Source: Candidatus Woesearchaeota archaeon
GTDB taxonomy: Archaea > Nanobdellota > Nanobdellia > Woesearchaeales > JAZDKJ01
Length of the DNA stretch: 64,000 bases
NCBI GenBank assembly: GCA_043803105.1
Contig: JAZDKJ010000012.1
Coordinates: forward strand, 32,001 to 96,000
Direction of reading: 5' to 3'
A program made the position numbers and the translations under genes. Of the stretch, positions 45,267 to 55,699 are shown piece after piece. The notes under the pieces are model-generated. The model saw only the letters and a program-made list of their open reading frames with translations, was not told where the DNA came from and did no database searches. The first letter of the stretch is position 1; each line of letters starts with the position of its first letter.

Positions 45267-45809
45267 ATGGAAATCGTTTTGAAACCGAATGTCACGAAAA
45301 TATTGGTGTGGAGTATAATGAAAACCTTGAGCGGAACAATTGTGATTGTTGGTCTGGTTGCCTTAGTTGTCTACATGGGAGGCTTTGGTTTCCCTGCAGC
45401 AATAGAATACCTAAGCTCCAGCATTGGACTCTCAAAGCTAGTTCAAGGTCTAGTGCTTGCATTCTCATTGGTTACCATTTTGATTATTGCGCTTACCTTT
45501 CTTGGTCTTCCAACCAGGAAGGTTATTGCTTCTGATGTTAAGCTCAAGGCTGACAATCGTGACGTGCCTTACGATAATGTGGCAAGGATCAACTTTGACA
45601 GGACGAATCTTCTTGATCAGCTTCTTGGCACAGGACGCGTGGTTTTTGAATTGACAGGCTTTGACAGGCAGAAGATTGAGGTTGGTTTTGTTGACAATCC
45701 AAAGGACCTTACCATAAAGATTCAGCAGTTGTTGAACATTTTCAAGATGAGAAAGTTTGCCCAGTTTGCAGACCAGCAAAGGATTGAGAGGATAGTGCAA
45801 GACTTTTAA
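45267..45809 (+). CDS. Membrane protein with bacterial PH-like (bPH_2) domain
   Basis: Two TM helices, then VPYDNVARINFDRTNLLDQLLGTGRVVF...FVDNP. Confidence 0.7.
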   Translation: MEIVLKPNVTKILVWSIMKTLSGTIVIVGLVALVVYMGGFGFPAAIEYLSSSIGLSKLVQGLVLAFSLVTILIIALTFLGLPTRKVIASDVKLKADNRDVPYDNVARINFDRTNLLDQLLGTGRVVFELTGFDRQKIEVGFVDNPKDLTIKIQQLLNIFKMRKFAQFADQQRIERIVQDF

Positions 45810-45810
45810 C

Positions 45811-46173
45811 ATGAAACGTACCGGACCTTCAAACCCTGAACTGCAGAAGCTTATCATAGACTTGAGAAGGATTTCCCACAAGGAGAATTCTGATATATGG
45901 ACTAGGATTGCCTCTGACCTTCAGAAGTCCACAAGGTCAAGGCGTGTTGTAAATCTCTCCCGTATTAACCGCTATTCATCTGACAATGATACTGTCATTG
46001 TTCCTGGCAAGGTGCTTTCTTCAGGCAGCTTAAGCCACAAAGTGCATGTTGCAGCCTTTTCTTTTTCAGCCGCAGCCCGCGAGTCCATATTGTCTAGCAA
46101 GGGCTCTGCCTTGTCTATCCAGGAACTGATCAAGCAGAATCCCAAGGGCAAGAATGTGAGGATTATAGGATGA
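45811..46173 (+). CDS. rpl18e: 50S ribosomal protein eL18
   Basis: RRVVNLSRINR, VIVPGKVL, VAAFSFS, NPKG. Confidence 0.96.
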   Translation: MKRTGPSNPELQKLIIDLRRISHKENSDIWTRIASDLQKSTRSRRVVNLSRINRYSSDNDTVIVPGKVLSSGSLSHKVHVAAFSFSAAARESILSSKGSALSIQELIKQNPKGKNVRIIG

Positions 46174-46583
46174 AGATCGACGCAGAAAATCTCTTGCTGG
46201 GAAGGTTTGCCGCACGTGCTGCAAAGTCTGCCTTGCTCGGAGAGGATGTGCAGATAATTAACTGCGACAAGGCAGTGGTGAGCGGCCGCAGGCTTTACGT
46301 GTTCCAGCAATACTTGAGGAGAAAAAGGATGGGAACTCACAGGAAAGGCCCATTTTACTTCACAGCTCCTGACCGGTTTGTCAAGAGGACCATTAGGGGA
46401 ATGCTACCTCATCGTCAGGAAAAAGGCAGGCTTGCCTTAAAGCGAATAATGTGCTATTCAGGCGTTCCAGTCTCTATGAAGAAGGAAGATTTTCATGCTG
46501 TTAAATCTGCCCACGTGGCTAAGCTTAACAGCACTAAGTTTGTGTCTGTCAGGCAGATATGCTCTGCCATGGGTGGAAAATGA
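46170..46583 (+). CDS. rpl13: 50S ribosomal protein uL13
   Basis: IDAENLLLGRFA, KRTIRGMLPH. Confidence 0.96.
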   Translation: MKIDAENLLLGRFAARAAKSALLGEDVQIINCDKAVVSGRRLYVFQQYLRRKRMGTHRKGPFYFTAPDRFVKRTIRGMLPHRQEKGRLALKRIMCYSGVPVSMKKEDFHAVKSAHVAKLNSTKFVSVRQICSAMGGK

Positions 46584-46975
46584 AGACTATTCATGTTTCA
46601 GGCAAAAGGAAGAGCGCAATCGCGCGCGCAACATTGAACGAAGGCAATGGCTCTGTCAGGGTCAACCACCTGATGGTTGATGTGTTCGAGCCTGAAGTCT
46701 GCAGGATGAAGCTCTTTGAGCCCTTGCTGCTTGCCGGCGACACTGTAAAGAAGGTCAATATTGATGTTGTTGTCTTTGGTGGAGGCATGACAAGTCAGGC
46801 TGAGGCAGCGCGCCTTGCCATTGCCCGTGCACTGTCAGCTTATGACAAGAAGTTAGAGGATGTGTTCTCGAAATATGACAGGCATCTTCTGGTTGCTGAT
46901 GTCAGGAGAAAGGAGACCCACAAGCCTAATCGTCATGGCAAGGCTCGTGCAAAGACCCAGAAGTCTTACCGTTAA
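46580..46975 (+). CDS. rps9: 30S ribosomal protein uS9
   Basis: SGKRKSAIARA, GGGMTSQAEAAR, QKSYR C-terminus. Confidence 0.97.
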   Translation: MKTIHVSGKRKSAIARATLNEGNGSVRVNHLMVDVFEPEVCRMKLFEPLLLAGDTVKKVNIDVVVFGGGMTSQAEAARLAIARALSAYDKKLEDVFSKYDRHLLVADVRRKETHKPNRHGKARAKTQKSYR

Positions 46976-46996
46976 TCAATAACTATAAAAACACAG

Positions 46997-48355
46997 ATGC
47001 CTCTTGTGCCTCTGATGAAGGTAAGCGATTTAACAACTAATCCTAGGAAGGCCCTGTTGATTCTTAGCTGGCCAATTGTTGTCAGTATGCTTATCCAGGT
47101 TATGTACAACATTGTTGATACTGCTTTTGTTGGCCGCCTTGGTTCTGATGCAATCGCTGCCTTGACATTTGCCTTTCCTCTTTTCATACTGATGGTTGCC
47201 ATTACCTCAGGTCTTGGTGCTGGCTACAATGCATTGATTTCTCGCTTTGTAGGCTCAAAGAAAGTCAAGAGCGCTCAGAATGCTGCTTTGCATGCATTGC
47301 TTATTTCTATTGTAGCTTCCATCATTTTCGCTTTCTTAGGCCTTATTTTTTTGCGGCCGTTGTTCATGTTTTTTGGTGCAAAGGGTAATGTTCTCGAGCT
47401 AGGTATTGCCTTTATGAGCATCATATTTGCTTTTAGCCCGCTGATGTTTGTTTCCTACGCGATTACATCTTTTTTCACTGCTGTCGGTGATACAAAGACC
47501 TCCATGAAGATTCAGGTCACCTCCCTTGTTGTAAATATTATCCTTGACCCAATTCTTATCTTTGGCCTTCACCTTGGTGTCAGGGGTGCAGCCCTTGCCA
47601 CAGCTGCAGCTTACCTGGTGTCTCTGGGCCTTGGGATCTATTTTTCCTACTGCAAGTCCTGCAAGGAAAAGAATCTTGTGAGGCTACGCGTTGCCAGCTG
47701 GAGTTTCTCCCCATCAATTCTGAAAAGTATTTTTATTGTCGGCTTTCCCGCCACGCTGATGAACTTTATCCTTTCTGTCTATGTTGTCATTATCAACATG
47801 TTCATGTCGCATTTTGGCACTGATTATGTTGCAGCCTTTGGTCTTGGCTCAAGGCTTGAGAGTCTTGCTGTTCTTCCATTTGTTGGTGTCAGTTTTTCCA
47901 TGCTTACACTTGTTGCAATGTTTATTGGTGCTAAGAAGCATAAGGAGCTCAAGAATTTTGTGTGGTATGGGATTCGCATCTCAGTGATTCTTTCTTCTGC
48001 GATAGGTGTTGTCTTCTTTTTTTTATCTGGCTTCTTTTTCAGGATTTTTACCTCTGATCCAGTGCTTATCTCCCTCTCCACTGCTTACATGCGAATTGAC
48101 GTCCTGACCTTTCCACTCATGGCCATTGGCTTCACAGTTGCTAGGATTATTCAGGCTATGGGTGACGGTTTTGCAGGCTTGGTTGTAACCTTGACCCGGG
48201 TCTTGTTTGTTTTTGTGCCCGTTTCCTACTTTTTTGTTTTTGTGCTAGGTTATGGGTTCTTGAGCGTAGCCTTCTCTATGGTGATAGGAGGTATTGTCTC
48301 AAATATTGTTGGTCTTATTTGGTTAAGGAAGAAGATGAAGGGTTTTGACCATTAG
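46997..48355 (+). CDS. MATE family efflux transporter
   Basis: [20 protein letters not shown]...[10 protein letters not shown]...GVRGAALAT. Confidence 0.93.
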   Translation: MPLVPLMKVSDLTTNPRKALLILSWPIVVSMLIQVMYNIVDTAFVGRLGSDAIAALTFAFPLFILMVAITSGLGAGYNALISRFVGSKKVKSAQNAALHALLISIVASIIFAFLGLIFLRPLFMFFGAKGNVLELGIAFMSIIFAFSPLMFVSYAITSFFTAVGDTKTSMKIQVTSLVVNIILDPILIFGLHLGVRGAALATAAAYLVSLGLGIYFSYCKSCKEKNLVRLRVASWSFSPSILKSIFIVGFPATLMNFILSVYVVIINMFMSHFGTDYVAAFGLGSRLESLAVLPFVGVSFSMLTLVAMFIGAKKHKELKNFVWYGIRISVILSSAIGVVFFFLSGFFFRIFTSDPVLISLSTAYMRIDVLTFPLMAIGFTVARIIQAMGDGFAGLVVTLTRVLFVFVPVSYFFVFVLGYGFLSVAFSMVIGGIVSNIVGLIWLRKKMKGFDH

Positions 48356-49106
48356 CCTTGTAAGCTATGAGGAACCAGTCCCACATCTTGTTCTCTCCTG
48401 GAAAGTCGTCGTGGCTGCTTATCTCCTGTCCCCATGGGTAAAGCACCTTTCGAAATTTTATTTTCGAGAATCCTGCTTTTTTCAATAGATAAATCAATTC
48501 GAACTTGTAGAAGTATTTTTGCTCTTGGTTTGGCTCTTCAGCGTAGATGCCTCTTATGAAGTCATATTTTTGCTCCTCAAATATCTCTCCAGTTTTTTTT
48601 CGTGCAGCCTTCTCCCCCATGCTTCCTAGTTCCCTGTTCATTATGAGCATTGACAGGTATATGAGTGACTCCATTGACGGGAATATTGCCACAAGGTAGC
48701 CTCCTTTTTTTAGTGAGTTGTACACCTGTGCAAGCATTTGTCTTACGTCGCTCACTGATGGCCCGAGTATTGAGTTGATTGCAACAACCACATCAAACTG
48801 TTCCTCACACCCTGACAGGTTTTTCATATCCTTGCTTGCAAACACTATGTTCTCCTGCTGGTTGTTTTTCCTTGCTATCTCAAGCATCTTGCTCGAGAAA
48901 TCTATTGCGTGCACCTGTTTGAAATTCTCTGACAAAAAGCCCAGTTGTTCTCCTGTCCCGCATCCAAGGTCTGCTATCACCTTGTTTTTTGTCTCAGGTA
49001 TGCTGAGAAGAATGCCCTTTATCGGGTTCTTTACCCCTTCCTGGAATGGGCTTATGATCTCTTCATGGTATTTTGAAGCCACCTTGTCCCATTCTCTGCG
49101 AAGCAT
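48315..49106 (-). CDS. Class I SAM-dependent methyltransferase
   Basis: [23 protein letters not shown]. Confidence 0.9.
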   Translation of the reverse strand: MLRREWDKVASKYHEEIISPFQEGVKNPIKGILLSIPETKNKVIADLGCGTGEQLGFLSENFKQVHAIDFSSKMLEIARKNNQQENIVFASKDMKNLSGCEEQFDVVVAINSILGPSVSDVRQMLAQVYNSLKKGGYLVAIFPSMESLIYLSMLIMNRELGSMGEKAARKKTGEIFEEQKYDFIRGIYAEEPNQEQKYFYKFELIYLLKKAGFSKIKFRKVLYPWGQEISSHDDFPGENKMWDWFLIAYKANGQNPSSSSLTK

Positions 49107-49211
49107 TATTGCAACTGAAACGGCATCATATAAATCTCTTTCCTTTAATTACTGTTGTTTTGTTGTGGACTCGTAACCTTTATAAACCCGCCACCAATCC
49201 TGTGCTCTGTA

Positions 49212-49409
49212 ATGATTATACCCATTAGATGCTGGAGTTGCGGTAAGCCTGTAGCACATCTTTGGGAGATCTACAAGGAGCGTGTCGCAAAGGGTGAGGA
49301 AAGAAAGAAGGTTCTTGATGATCTTGGCCTTGAGCGTTATTGCTGCAGGGCAACCTTCCTTGGCCAGATTGACTTGATTGATACTGCAGCCCAGTTCAAG
49401 AAGTTTTGA
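49212..49409 (+). CDS. rpoN: RNA polymerase subunit N (Rpo10)
   Basis: MIIPIRCWSCGK...LDDLGLERYCCR. Confidence 0.97.
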   Translation: MIIPIRCWSCGKPVAHLWEIYKERVAKGEERKKVLDDLGLERYCCRATFLGQIDLIDTAAQFKKF

Positions 49410-49411
49410 AA

Positions 49412-49618
49412 ATGAGCAATCACGTTTTTATCAGGGATTTTCAGAGGGGTGGCTCAAGAAGCGAGCACACTCCAAGAGGAAGGGCATCCAGGCCAAAGAC
49501 TTTCAAGACTGAGGATGCAGCAAATAAGTGGGCAGAGCAAAAAGGCTTGAAGAATTTTACACTTGTTAACCTAAAGAATGAGGAATCCTCAACCAAGGAG
49601 ATCAAGGTTGTTTCCTGA
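49412..49618 (+). CDS. Small basic hypothetical protein
   Basis: RPKTFKTEDAANKWAE; directly follows rpoN. Confidence 0.65.
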   Translation: MSNHVFIRDFQRGGSRSEHTPRGRASRPKTFKTEDAANKWAEQKGLKNFTLVNLKNEESSTKEIKVVS

Positions 49619-49688
49619 TCATCTCTTTCTTCTCTATAAATACTTTTGTAAGACAACTTTTAAAAATCCTTGTCAATTATCCTCTCTT

Positions 49689-52325
49689 ATGCCTGACTTT
49701 AACTCTATTGCCGCAAAGTGGCAGAGGAAATGGGAAGAATCAAAGGTCTTTCAGGTAAAGGAGGATCCAAAGAAAAAAAAGTACTATGTCTTGGAGATGT
49801 ATCCTTATCCGAGCGCTTCAGGCCTTCATCTAGGCCATTCACGGAACTACGTTATTGGTGATGTCTTTGCCCGTTTTAAGCGGATGAATGGTTTCAATGT
49901 TCTTTATCCGATGGGTTATGATAGTTTTGGCCTCCCTGCAGAGAATGCTGCAATAAATGCGAGGTCTCATCCAAAGGTCTTCACTGATACTGCCATAAAG
50001 AATTATATTCGCCAGCAGCACGAGCTCGGCTGTAGCTATGATTGGTCAAGGGTGCTTATGTCCCATGATCCTAATTATTATAAGTGGGACCAATGGATTT
50101 TTCTCAAGATGTTTGAGAAAGGTCTTGTCTACAAGAAAAAGTCTGCTGTGAACTGGTGCCCCAAGTGTAAGACTGTTTTGGCAAATGAGCAGGTTCATTC
50201 TGGAAAGTGTTGGCGCCATACTGATACTGATGTTGAGCTTAAGGACCTTGAGCAGTGGTTCATCAAGATAACCAATTATGCTGAGGAGCTCTTGAATGAT
50301 ATTGACAAACTTACTGAATGGCCCGAGGATGTCAAGATCATGCAGCGAAACTGGATAGGAAAGAGCATGGGCACTCTGATTGATTTCAAGATTGAAAGTT
50401 CTGACAAAGTGCTCACTGTTTTTACCACCCGGCCAGATACCCTATTTGGTATCACCTATCTTGTCTATGCCCCAGAGCATCCTGATGTTTTGGATCTTGT
50501 CAAGGGAACCAAGCTTGAAGAGCCTGTCAAAAAATTCATCAAGAAGGTTGTTCAGGAAGACAGATTTACTCGTACTGCTGAGGACAAGGAAAAGGAAGGA
50601 CTATTCATCGGAAGATACGCAATCCATCCTGTCACAAATGATAAGATTCCCATATACATTGCAAACTTTGTGCTTTATGAATATGGCACTGGAGCGATTA
50701 TCGCAGTTCCCGCTCATGACCAACGCGACTTTGATTTTGCCAAGAAGTTCAAGATTCCAATAAAAGTTGTGATAAATCCTCCTGATTTTGATTTATCTGT
50801 AGATAAGATGTCTCGTGCATATGTTAGCGATGGTACAATGGTCAATTCTGGTGATTTCAACGGTACGAATAACCGTGATGCGATCGGGGAAATTACCCTT
50901 TTCCTGGAAAAGATTGGTCATGGCAGAAAGACTGTCCAGTATAAATTGCGTGACTGGCTCATTTCAAGGCAACGGTTCTGGGGTTGTCCTATACCTCTCA
51001 TTTATTGCGACAAGCATGGTGTTGTGCCTGTGCCTGAAAAGGACTTGCCTGTGATTTTACCTGAGGATTTCAAATTTACCATTGGTGAAGGAAATCCCCT
51101 TGAGCACTGCGAGGAGTTCGTGCACACAAAATGCCCGAAGTGCGGTTCTCCTGCCCAGCGCGAAACAGATACCATGGACACTTTCATGGACTCTTCCTGG
51201 TATTTCCTTCGCTTTTGTGACCCTCATAGTGATAAGTTGCCATTTGACCCAAAAAAGTCTGCCTACTGGATGCCTATTGATGCCTATATTGGCGGTAGGG
51301 AGCATGCCACTATGCACCTAATCTACTTTAGGTTTGTTACAAAGTTCTTGCGTGATATAGGCTTGTGTAGCTTTGACGAGCCTGCCAAGAGGCTTTTCAA
51401 TCAGGGCATGCTCCATAAGGGAGGCTCTGTCATGAGCAAGAGTAAGGGCAATGTTGTGACTCAGGAGGAGATTGCCAAGAGGTTTGGCATCGATACTGCA
51501 AGGTTTTTCATGATGTTTGTTGCCTCGCCAGATAAGGACATGGAGTGGGACGACAAGGGTGTTGAAGGCTCCTTCCGCTTTTTGAACAAGCTTTATTTCC
51601 TTGTTGCAGAAAAAGCTTCCGTGCCTGATGCTTTTAAAAACCAGGAAAGCACGCTTCACAAGACCATAAAGGACGTGACTTATTGTATCGAAAATTTCAG
51701 GTACAACCAAGCTCTCATCGCACTGATGCAATTGACTAATTATCTTGCGTCGCAAGAAAAGGTAAGTAAGAATGCCTTAGAAAAGCTTATCATAATGCTG
51801 TCTCCATTTGTGCCGCATATTTGCGAAGAGCTCTGGGAGCATTTGGGCAATAAGCCTTTTGTCTCGCTCGAAAAGTGGCCTTCCTATGATGAGTCCAAGA
51901 TTGACCTTGAATTAGAGGCTCAAGAGTCCATGGTTGAGCAGACTGTCAAGGATGTGTTGGCTGTTCTTGAGCTTGCAAAGATTTCTGAGCCGAAAAGCAT
52001 CACTCTTTTTGTTGCAGAGAAGTGGAAGTTCGATTTTTTCAAGAGGTTAAAGTCCGAGCTGGAAAAGACCCATGATGTAAGTGCCTTGATAAAGGCAGTC
52101 ATGGACAAGTCTCATTCCAAGGAGATAAGTCAGCTTGTTCCTCGCATTGTCAAGGATTTGGGCAAGATGCCTGCCTTGGTCCTTGATCAGAAAACTGAGA
52201 TTTATGCGCTCGCAGGATTAGAATCCAGGTTTAAGGCTCCTGTACAGGTTGTTGCAGCAGACAACTCAACAGAGAATAAGGCGCGTCAGGCATTGCCTGG
52301 AAAGCCCGCAATTATTGTTCATTAG
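49689..52325 (+). CDS. leuS: Leucine--tRNA ligase (bacterial-type core, archaeal-type C-terminus)
   Basis: EMYPYPSASGLHLGH, FTTRPDTLFG, GTGAIIAVPAHDQRD, YIGGREHA, MSKSKGN, ALPGKPAIIV. Confidence 0.96.
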   Translation: MPDFNSIAAKWQRKWEESKVFQVKEDPKKKKYYVLEMYPYPSASGLHLGHSRNYVIGDVFARFKRMNGFNVLYPMGYDSFGLPAENAAINARSHPKVFTDTAIKNYIRQQHELGCSYDWSRVLMSHDPNYYKWDQWIFLKMFEKGLVYKKKSAVNWCPKCKTVLANEQVHSGKCWRHTDTDVELKDLEQWFIKITNYAEELLNDIDKLTEWPEDVKIMQRNWIGKSMGTLIDFKIESSDKVLTVFTTRPDTLFGITYLVYAPEHPDVLDLVKGTKLEEPVKKFIKKVVQEDRFTRTAEDKEKEGLFIGRYAIHPVTNDKIPIYIANFVLYEYGTGAIIAVPAHDQRDFDFAKKFKIPIKVVINPPDFDLSVDKMSRAYVSDGTMVNSGDFNGTNNRDAIGEITLFLEKIGHGRKTVQYKLRDWLISRQRFWGCPIPLIYCDKHGVVPVPEKDLPVILPEDFKFTIGEGNPLEHCEEFVHTKCPKCGSPAQRETDTMDTFMDSSWYFLRFCDPHSDKLPFDPKKSAYWMPIDAYIGGREHATMHLIYFRFVTKFLRDIGLCSFDEPAKRLFNQGMLHKGGSVMSKSKGNVVTQEEIAKRFGIDTARFFMMFVASPDKDMEWDDKGVEGSFRFLNKLYFLVAEKASVPDAFKNQESTLHKTIKDVTYCIENFRYNQALIALMQLTNYLASQEKVSKNALEKLIIMLSPFVPHICEELWEHLGNKPFVSLEKWPSYDESKIDLELEAQESMVEQTVKDVLAVLELAKISEPKSITLFVAEKWKFDFFKRLKSELEKTHDVSALIKAVMDKSHSKEISQLVPRIVKDLGKMPALVLDQKTEIYALAGLESRFKAPVQVVAADNSTENKARQALPGKPAIIVH

Positions 52326-52716
52326 TTGAGTGTTCTTTGTTGCTCTTTTCTACTACCACCACTTTTCCCTTGTAGTCCACGAATATTATGTTGTCCCCTT
52401 CTGTTATCTGTTCCAAGAGCATTGGTTCGCACTCAGCATCCAGCATCTCATACGTATGTGAGTCCATTATCTGCACTCTGTCCTGCAATTTTGCTATCAC
52501 TGATGCAACTTTTTTTCTTGCCTCGACTATCTCTACCTTGTCGTTATGAGCTAACGTTATGATTTTTTCTCCTCCGCCAAAGAGAGGTTTCACAAAGAAT
52601 TTCATTTTTGTGTGCGAGTGCGTGCCTACAGCAACTAATTCTTTTCTTACCACTTTGAGTGTCTCTCCCTTGTACTCGAATGTGCTTCCCCTATCAAGGT
52701 CTGATGCTGATGCCAT
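52312..52716 (-). CDS. eif5a: Translation factor aIF5A-like protein lacking the hypusine Lys
   Basis: KOW/OB layout, GTHSHTK in place of GKHGxAK, VQIMDSHTYE. Confidence 0.8.
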   Translation of the reverse strand: MASASDLDRGSTFEYKGETLKVVRKELVAVGTHSHTKMKFFVKPLFGGGEKIITLAHNDKVEIVEARKKVASVIAKLQDRVQIMDSHTYEMLDAECEPMLLEQITEGDNIIFVDYKGKVVVVEKSNKEHSTNEQ

Positions 52717-52793
52717 GCCTTTTGCCTTTTCTGGTCTGTATAAAAAGGTTTCTACATGGAATCTGTTATGCTCCAGAAATTGCGACCAGATGA

Positions 52794-53195
52794 TTAATCA
52801 TACCTTTCAGGCCTGTACACATCGCTTCCCGGTTGGAATGGTATGAAGGACTTTGGACTGTTGTCCATGCAGGAAATCTGTTTCTTAATTATTTCTTTGA
52901 TGTCATACATGATTGCCCTTGTTGCCTTATTAGCGTGTTCTCCTTTGGCTGCCACATAAATTTCACTCCTGCCATCGACTGCAAACATCATTCTGGTTGA
53001 AAGCTCTTCGTCGTGGACATGGGCGAGAAACCATGGACCTACATACTCATAATCCCTTTTCTTGAAATTACCAGTTATCTCAGCAATAACGCACTTCAGC
53101 GCATCCTTCGGTAAATCAGTTACTAGCCAGCATATTGAAGATGGCTTACTTCCAACCTTTTGTATAAAAGCATTTTCGACTTCTGGTTCAAGCAT
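52794..53195 (-). CDS. Hypothetical protein
   Basis: 133-aa ORF filling the gap, with GGAGG upstream; no motif recognised. Confidence 0.55.
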   Translation of the reverse strand: MLEPEVENAFIQKVGSKPSSICWLVTDLPKDALKCVIAEITGNFKKRDYEYVGPWFLAHVHDEELSTRMMFAVDGRSEIYVAAKGEHANKATRAIMYDIKEIIKKQISCMDNSPKSFIPFQPGSDVYRPERYD

Positions 53196-53287
53196 TTCAT
53201 GTCCCTCCGGTTTTTACAAAAATATTATATAGTTGATATTAATACCTATTGTTATAAAAATAACAAACTGTTATTGAATCTGTTACC

Positions 53288-53935
53288 ATGGTTAACATCA
53301 GTCATCTTGTCCGGGAATTTGTTGACCGCCAGCCCCTCCTGCAGGAGGCAATTATTGAGGGCATAGTCAATTTTGGTGCTCTTGCAGACCAGCTCAAGCC
53401 CAGGATTGAGAAGGAACTTTCCAGGAAGGTTAAGCATTCTGCTGTTGTAATGGCCCTGCACAGGTATTCTGAAACATTGAAAAAGCCCTTTCCCAAAAAG
53501 TTTGACTATCGCTCCGAGATTATCATCAAGACCGGAATATGCGACCTAATCCTTGTGAAGAGCCCTGAGCTTTTTGAGCGCCTGAAAAAGGCTTATGACC
53601 TTGTTGACTATAACAAGGGTGATACCCTGAACATTGTCCTTGGCAATTATGAGGTCTCCCTTGTTGTGAGCGAGCGTATTCTGGCCAGCCTGACTTCTTT
53701 GTTGCGTGATGTCAAGGTTATAAGTATAGAGCATGACCTTGTTTCCATTGCCTTGCGTTTCAACGAAAAGTTTGTTACAACCCCTGGTGTTATTGCCAAC
53801 ATCACAAGAAAACTTAGTTGGAACAATGTGAATATTGTTGAGATTGTCTCTACGATGACTGAGCTAAGCGTAATAATTCATGAGAGAAATCTTACCCGCG
53901 CCTATAAAGTCCTCCAGGAATTAATAAGTGGGTAG
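53288..53935 (+). CDS. ACT-domain-containing regulatory protein
   Basis: GIVNFGALA...AVVMALHRY N-terminus; TPGVIA...NVNIVEIVSTMTE ACT domain. Confidence 0.85.
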   Translation: MVNISHLVREFVDRQPLLQEAIIEGIVNFGALADQLKPRIEKELSRKVKHSAVVMALHRYSETLKKPFPKKFDYRSEIIIKTGICDLILVKSPELFERLKKAYDLVDYNKGDTLNIVLGNYEVSLVVSERILASLTSLLRDVKVISIEHDLVSIALRFNEKFVTTPGVIANITRKLSWNNVNIVEIVSTMTELSVIIHERNLTRAYKVLQELISG

Positions 53936-54204
53936 GCATGCCCAAGAGTGGTTAGTTGCCTTATGCAAAAGTTTCCTTGATGCCTCCTCTGTTCCGCTAC
54001 CCTTCAAGCACCAGTGTTAAAGGTTAAGGCTGCTATGTTCCCATCCTGACCTAGTTCCCTAGATCACCAGCCCTGCAGGACAGAACATCACTGTCCGCGC
54101 CAAGACTCCTGCATATGACAGCTATCGCTTCCAAGGCTTCGGCCCCGCCATGAAGCCCGTGTGCGGTGACAGGAAAGGGCTAACTTCCCAGCCTAGCCTA
54201 CCCA
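53929..54204 (-). ncRNA. ffs: Signal recognition particle (7S) RNA
   Basis: Minus strand has helix 8 TCAGG-ATG-GGAA-CAT-AGCAG and terminal helix tgggtaggc/gcctaccca; about 276 nt. Confidence 0.92.
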
Positions 54205-54238
54205 TGGCAAAAGATGCTACTTTTGCTTTTAAAAGTTA

Positions 54239-54802
54239 CTATTCAACCTGCTTTAGAAGTGAGTTTATCTGTTCTAGTGGCAGCCCCATGATATTTGTGT
54301 AAGAGCCTTCTACTGACTCAACAAAGCTTGAAAAGTTTGGGTCAGAGATATTGTACGCTCCAGCCTTTCCTTCGTAACTTCCTGCACTGATATATTCCGT
54401 TAATATTTCTTTGCTTACCCTGTTAAGTTTGACTCTGGAGACTTCATAAGACTTTGCTGTCTTGCCAGACTTTGTGTTGATAAGGTATAGTCCTGTGTGC
54501 ACTTCATGCACCTCTCCAAGCAGGCTTTTTATCATCTTTTCTGCTTCCTCTGCATCTTTTGGCTGCCCTATTATCTTTTCTTTGAAGTATACTGCAGTGT
54601 CTGCAGCGATTATTACACTGTCTTTATGCTTTGCCGCTGCTTTCTCTGCCTTTCCCCTAGCTATTTGCATCACAAGCCTCTTGACATCGTGCTCTCTAAT
54701 CTCGCTCTCCTCAAAATTGCTTGCATCAACAATGAACTCGTATCCAAGTCTCTCAAGTATCTCTTTCCTTCTCGGTGATTTTGATGCTAAAACAAGTTTC
54801 AT
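54239..54802 (-). CDS. maf: Maf-family nucleoside triphosphate pyrophosphatase
   Basis: LVLASKSPRRKEIL, IIAADT, GKAGAY, GSYTNIMGLP. Confidence 0.95.
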   Translation of the reverse strand: MKLVLASKSPRRKEILERLGYEFIVDASNFEESEIREHDVKRLVMQIARGKAEKAAAKHKDSVIIAADTAVYFKEKIIGQPKDAEEAEKMIKSLLGEVHEVHTGLYLINTKSGKTAKSYEVSRVKLNRVSKEILTEYISAGSYEGKAGAYNISDPNFSSFVESVEGSYTNIMGLPLEQINSLLKQVE

Positions 54803-54889
54803 GAAGCATTTGTGGCTTGCTTGGCATTTAATAGGTTTTCTGTTAATCGCATCGAAACCTTTATTAAATCAGTAGTCTATTGGTCCATT

Positions 54890-55699
54890 GTGGCTGAGCC
54901 GGCAATCATCTTTCTCGGTACAGGTGGGGATTCTGTTGTAGTTGGTAAGCAGTTAAGGGGCTCTGGCGGCATTATCCTGCACGTTAATGATTATCAATTT
55001 CACATTGATCCTGGCCCTGGAGCTCTTGTTAGGGCCTTGCAGTTTGGTGTTAATGTCCGGGAAAACACTGCAGTCCTTGTCTCTCATGCCCATACAAATC
55101 ATTGCAATGACGTTAATGCAGTCCTTTCAGCAATGACTTATAACGGCCTTGATATCAAGGGTGTTCTTGTTGCAAACGACACTCTTGTTAATGGCCTAGA
55201 GAACGAGCCTCCATTCCTCACAAAATTTCACAGGGAAATGGTGGAGAGGATTATTAACATTAAGCACGGACAGAAGATTGGCATTGAGGACATTGAGATT
55301 CATGCCTTGAAGGCACGCCACACTGACCCAAACTCCTTGGGTTTTTGCTTTCTAACCCCTAATTTCTCTATGTGCTACAGCTCTGATACAGGTCCTTCTC
55401 CTGAGGTCATAGAGCAATACGAAAAGTTTGACATCCTAATCTTGAATTCTGTCTATCCCTCTGGCCAAAGCTCAAAGGACAATCTAAGTTGTGATGATGT
55501 GCTCTCAATAATTAGCAAGGTCAAGCCAAAGCTTGCGGTAATTACTCATTTTGGCAGTAAGATGCTACAGGCAGATCCTCTATACGAAGCGCGAGAACTC
55601 CAGAAGAAGTCTGGTTGCCAGGTTGTTGCTGCAAAGGATGGCCTGAGCATTAATCCCCTATCTTATGCCACCAGGCAAAGGACTCTCAATTCATATTAG
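54890..55699 (+). CDS. MBL-fold metallo-hydrolase
   Basis: FLGTGG, IDPGPG, SHAHTNHCND, YSSDT, ITHFG. Confidence 0.88.
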   Translation: MAEPAIIFLGTGGDSVVVGKQLRGSGGIILHVNDYQFHIDPGPGALVRALQFGVNVRENTAVLVSHAHTNHCNDVNAVLSAMTYNGLDIKGVLVANDTLVNGLENEPPFLTKFHREMVERIINIKHGQKIGIEDIEIHALKARHTDPNSLGFCFLTPNFSMCYSSDTGPSPEVIEQYEKFDILILNSVYPSGQSSKDNLSCDDVLSIISKVKPKLAVITHFGSKMLQADPLYEARELQKKSGCQVVAAKDGLSINPLSYATRQRTLNSY

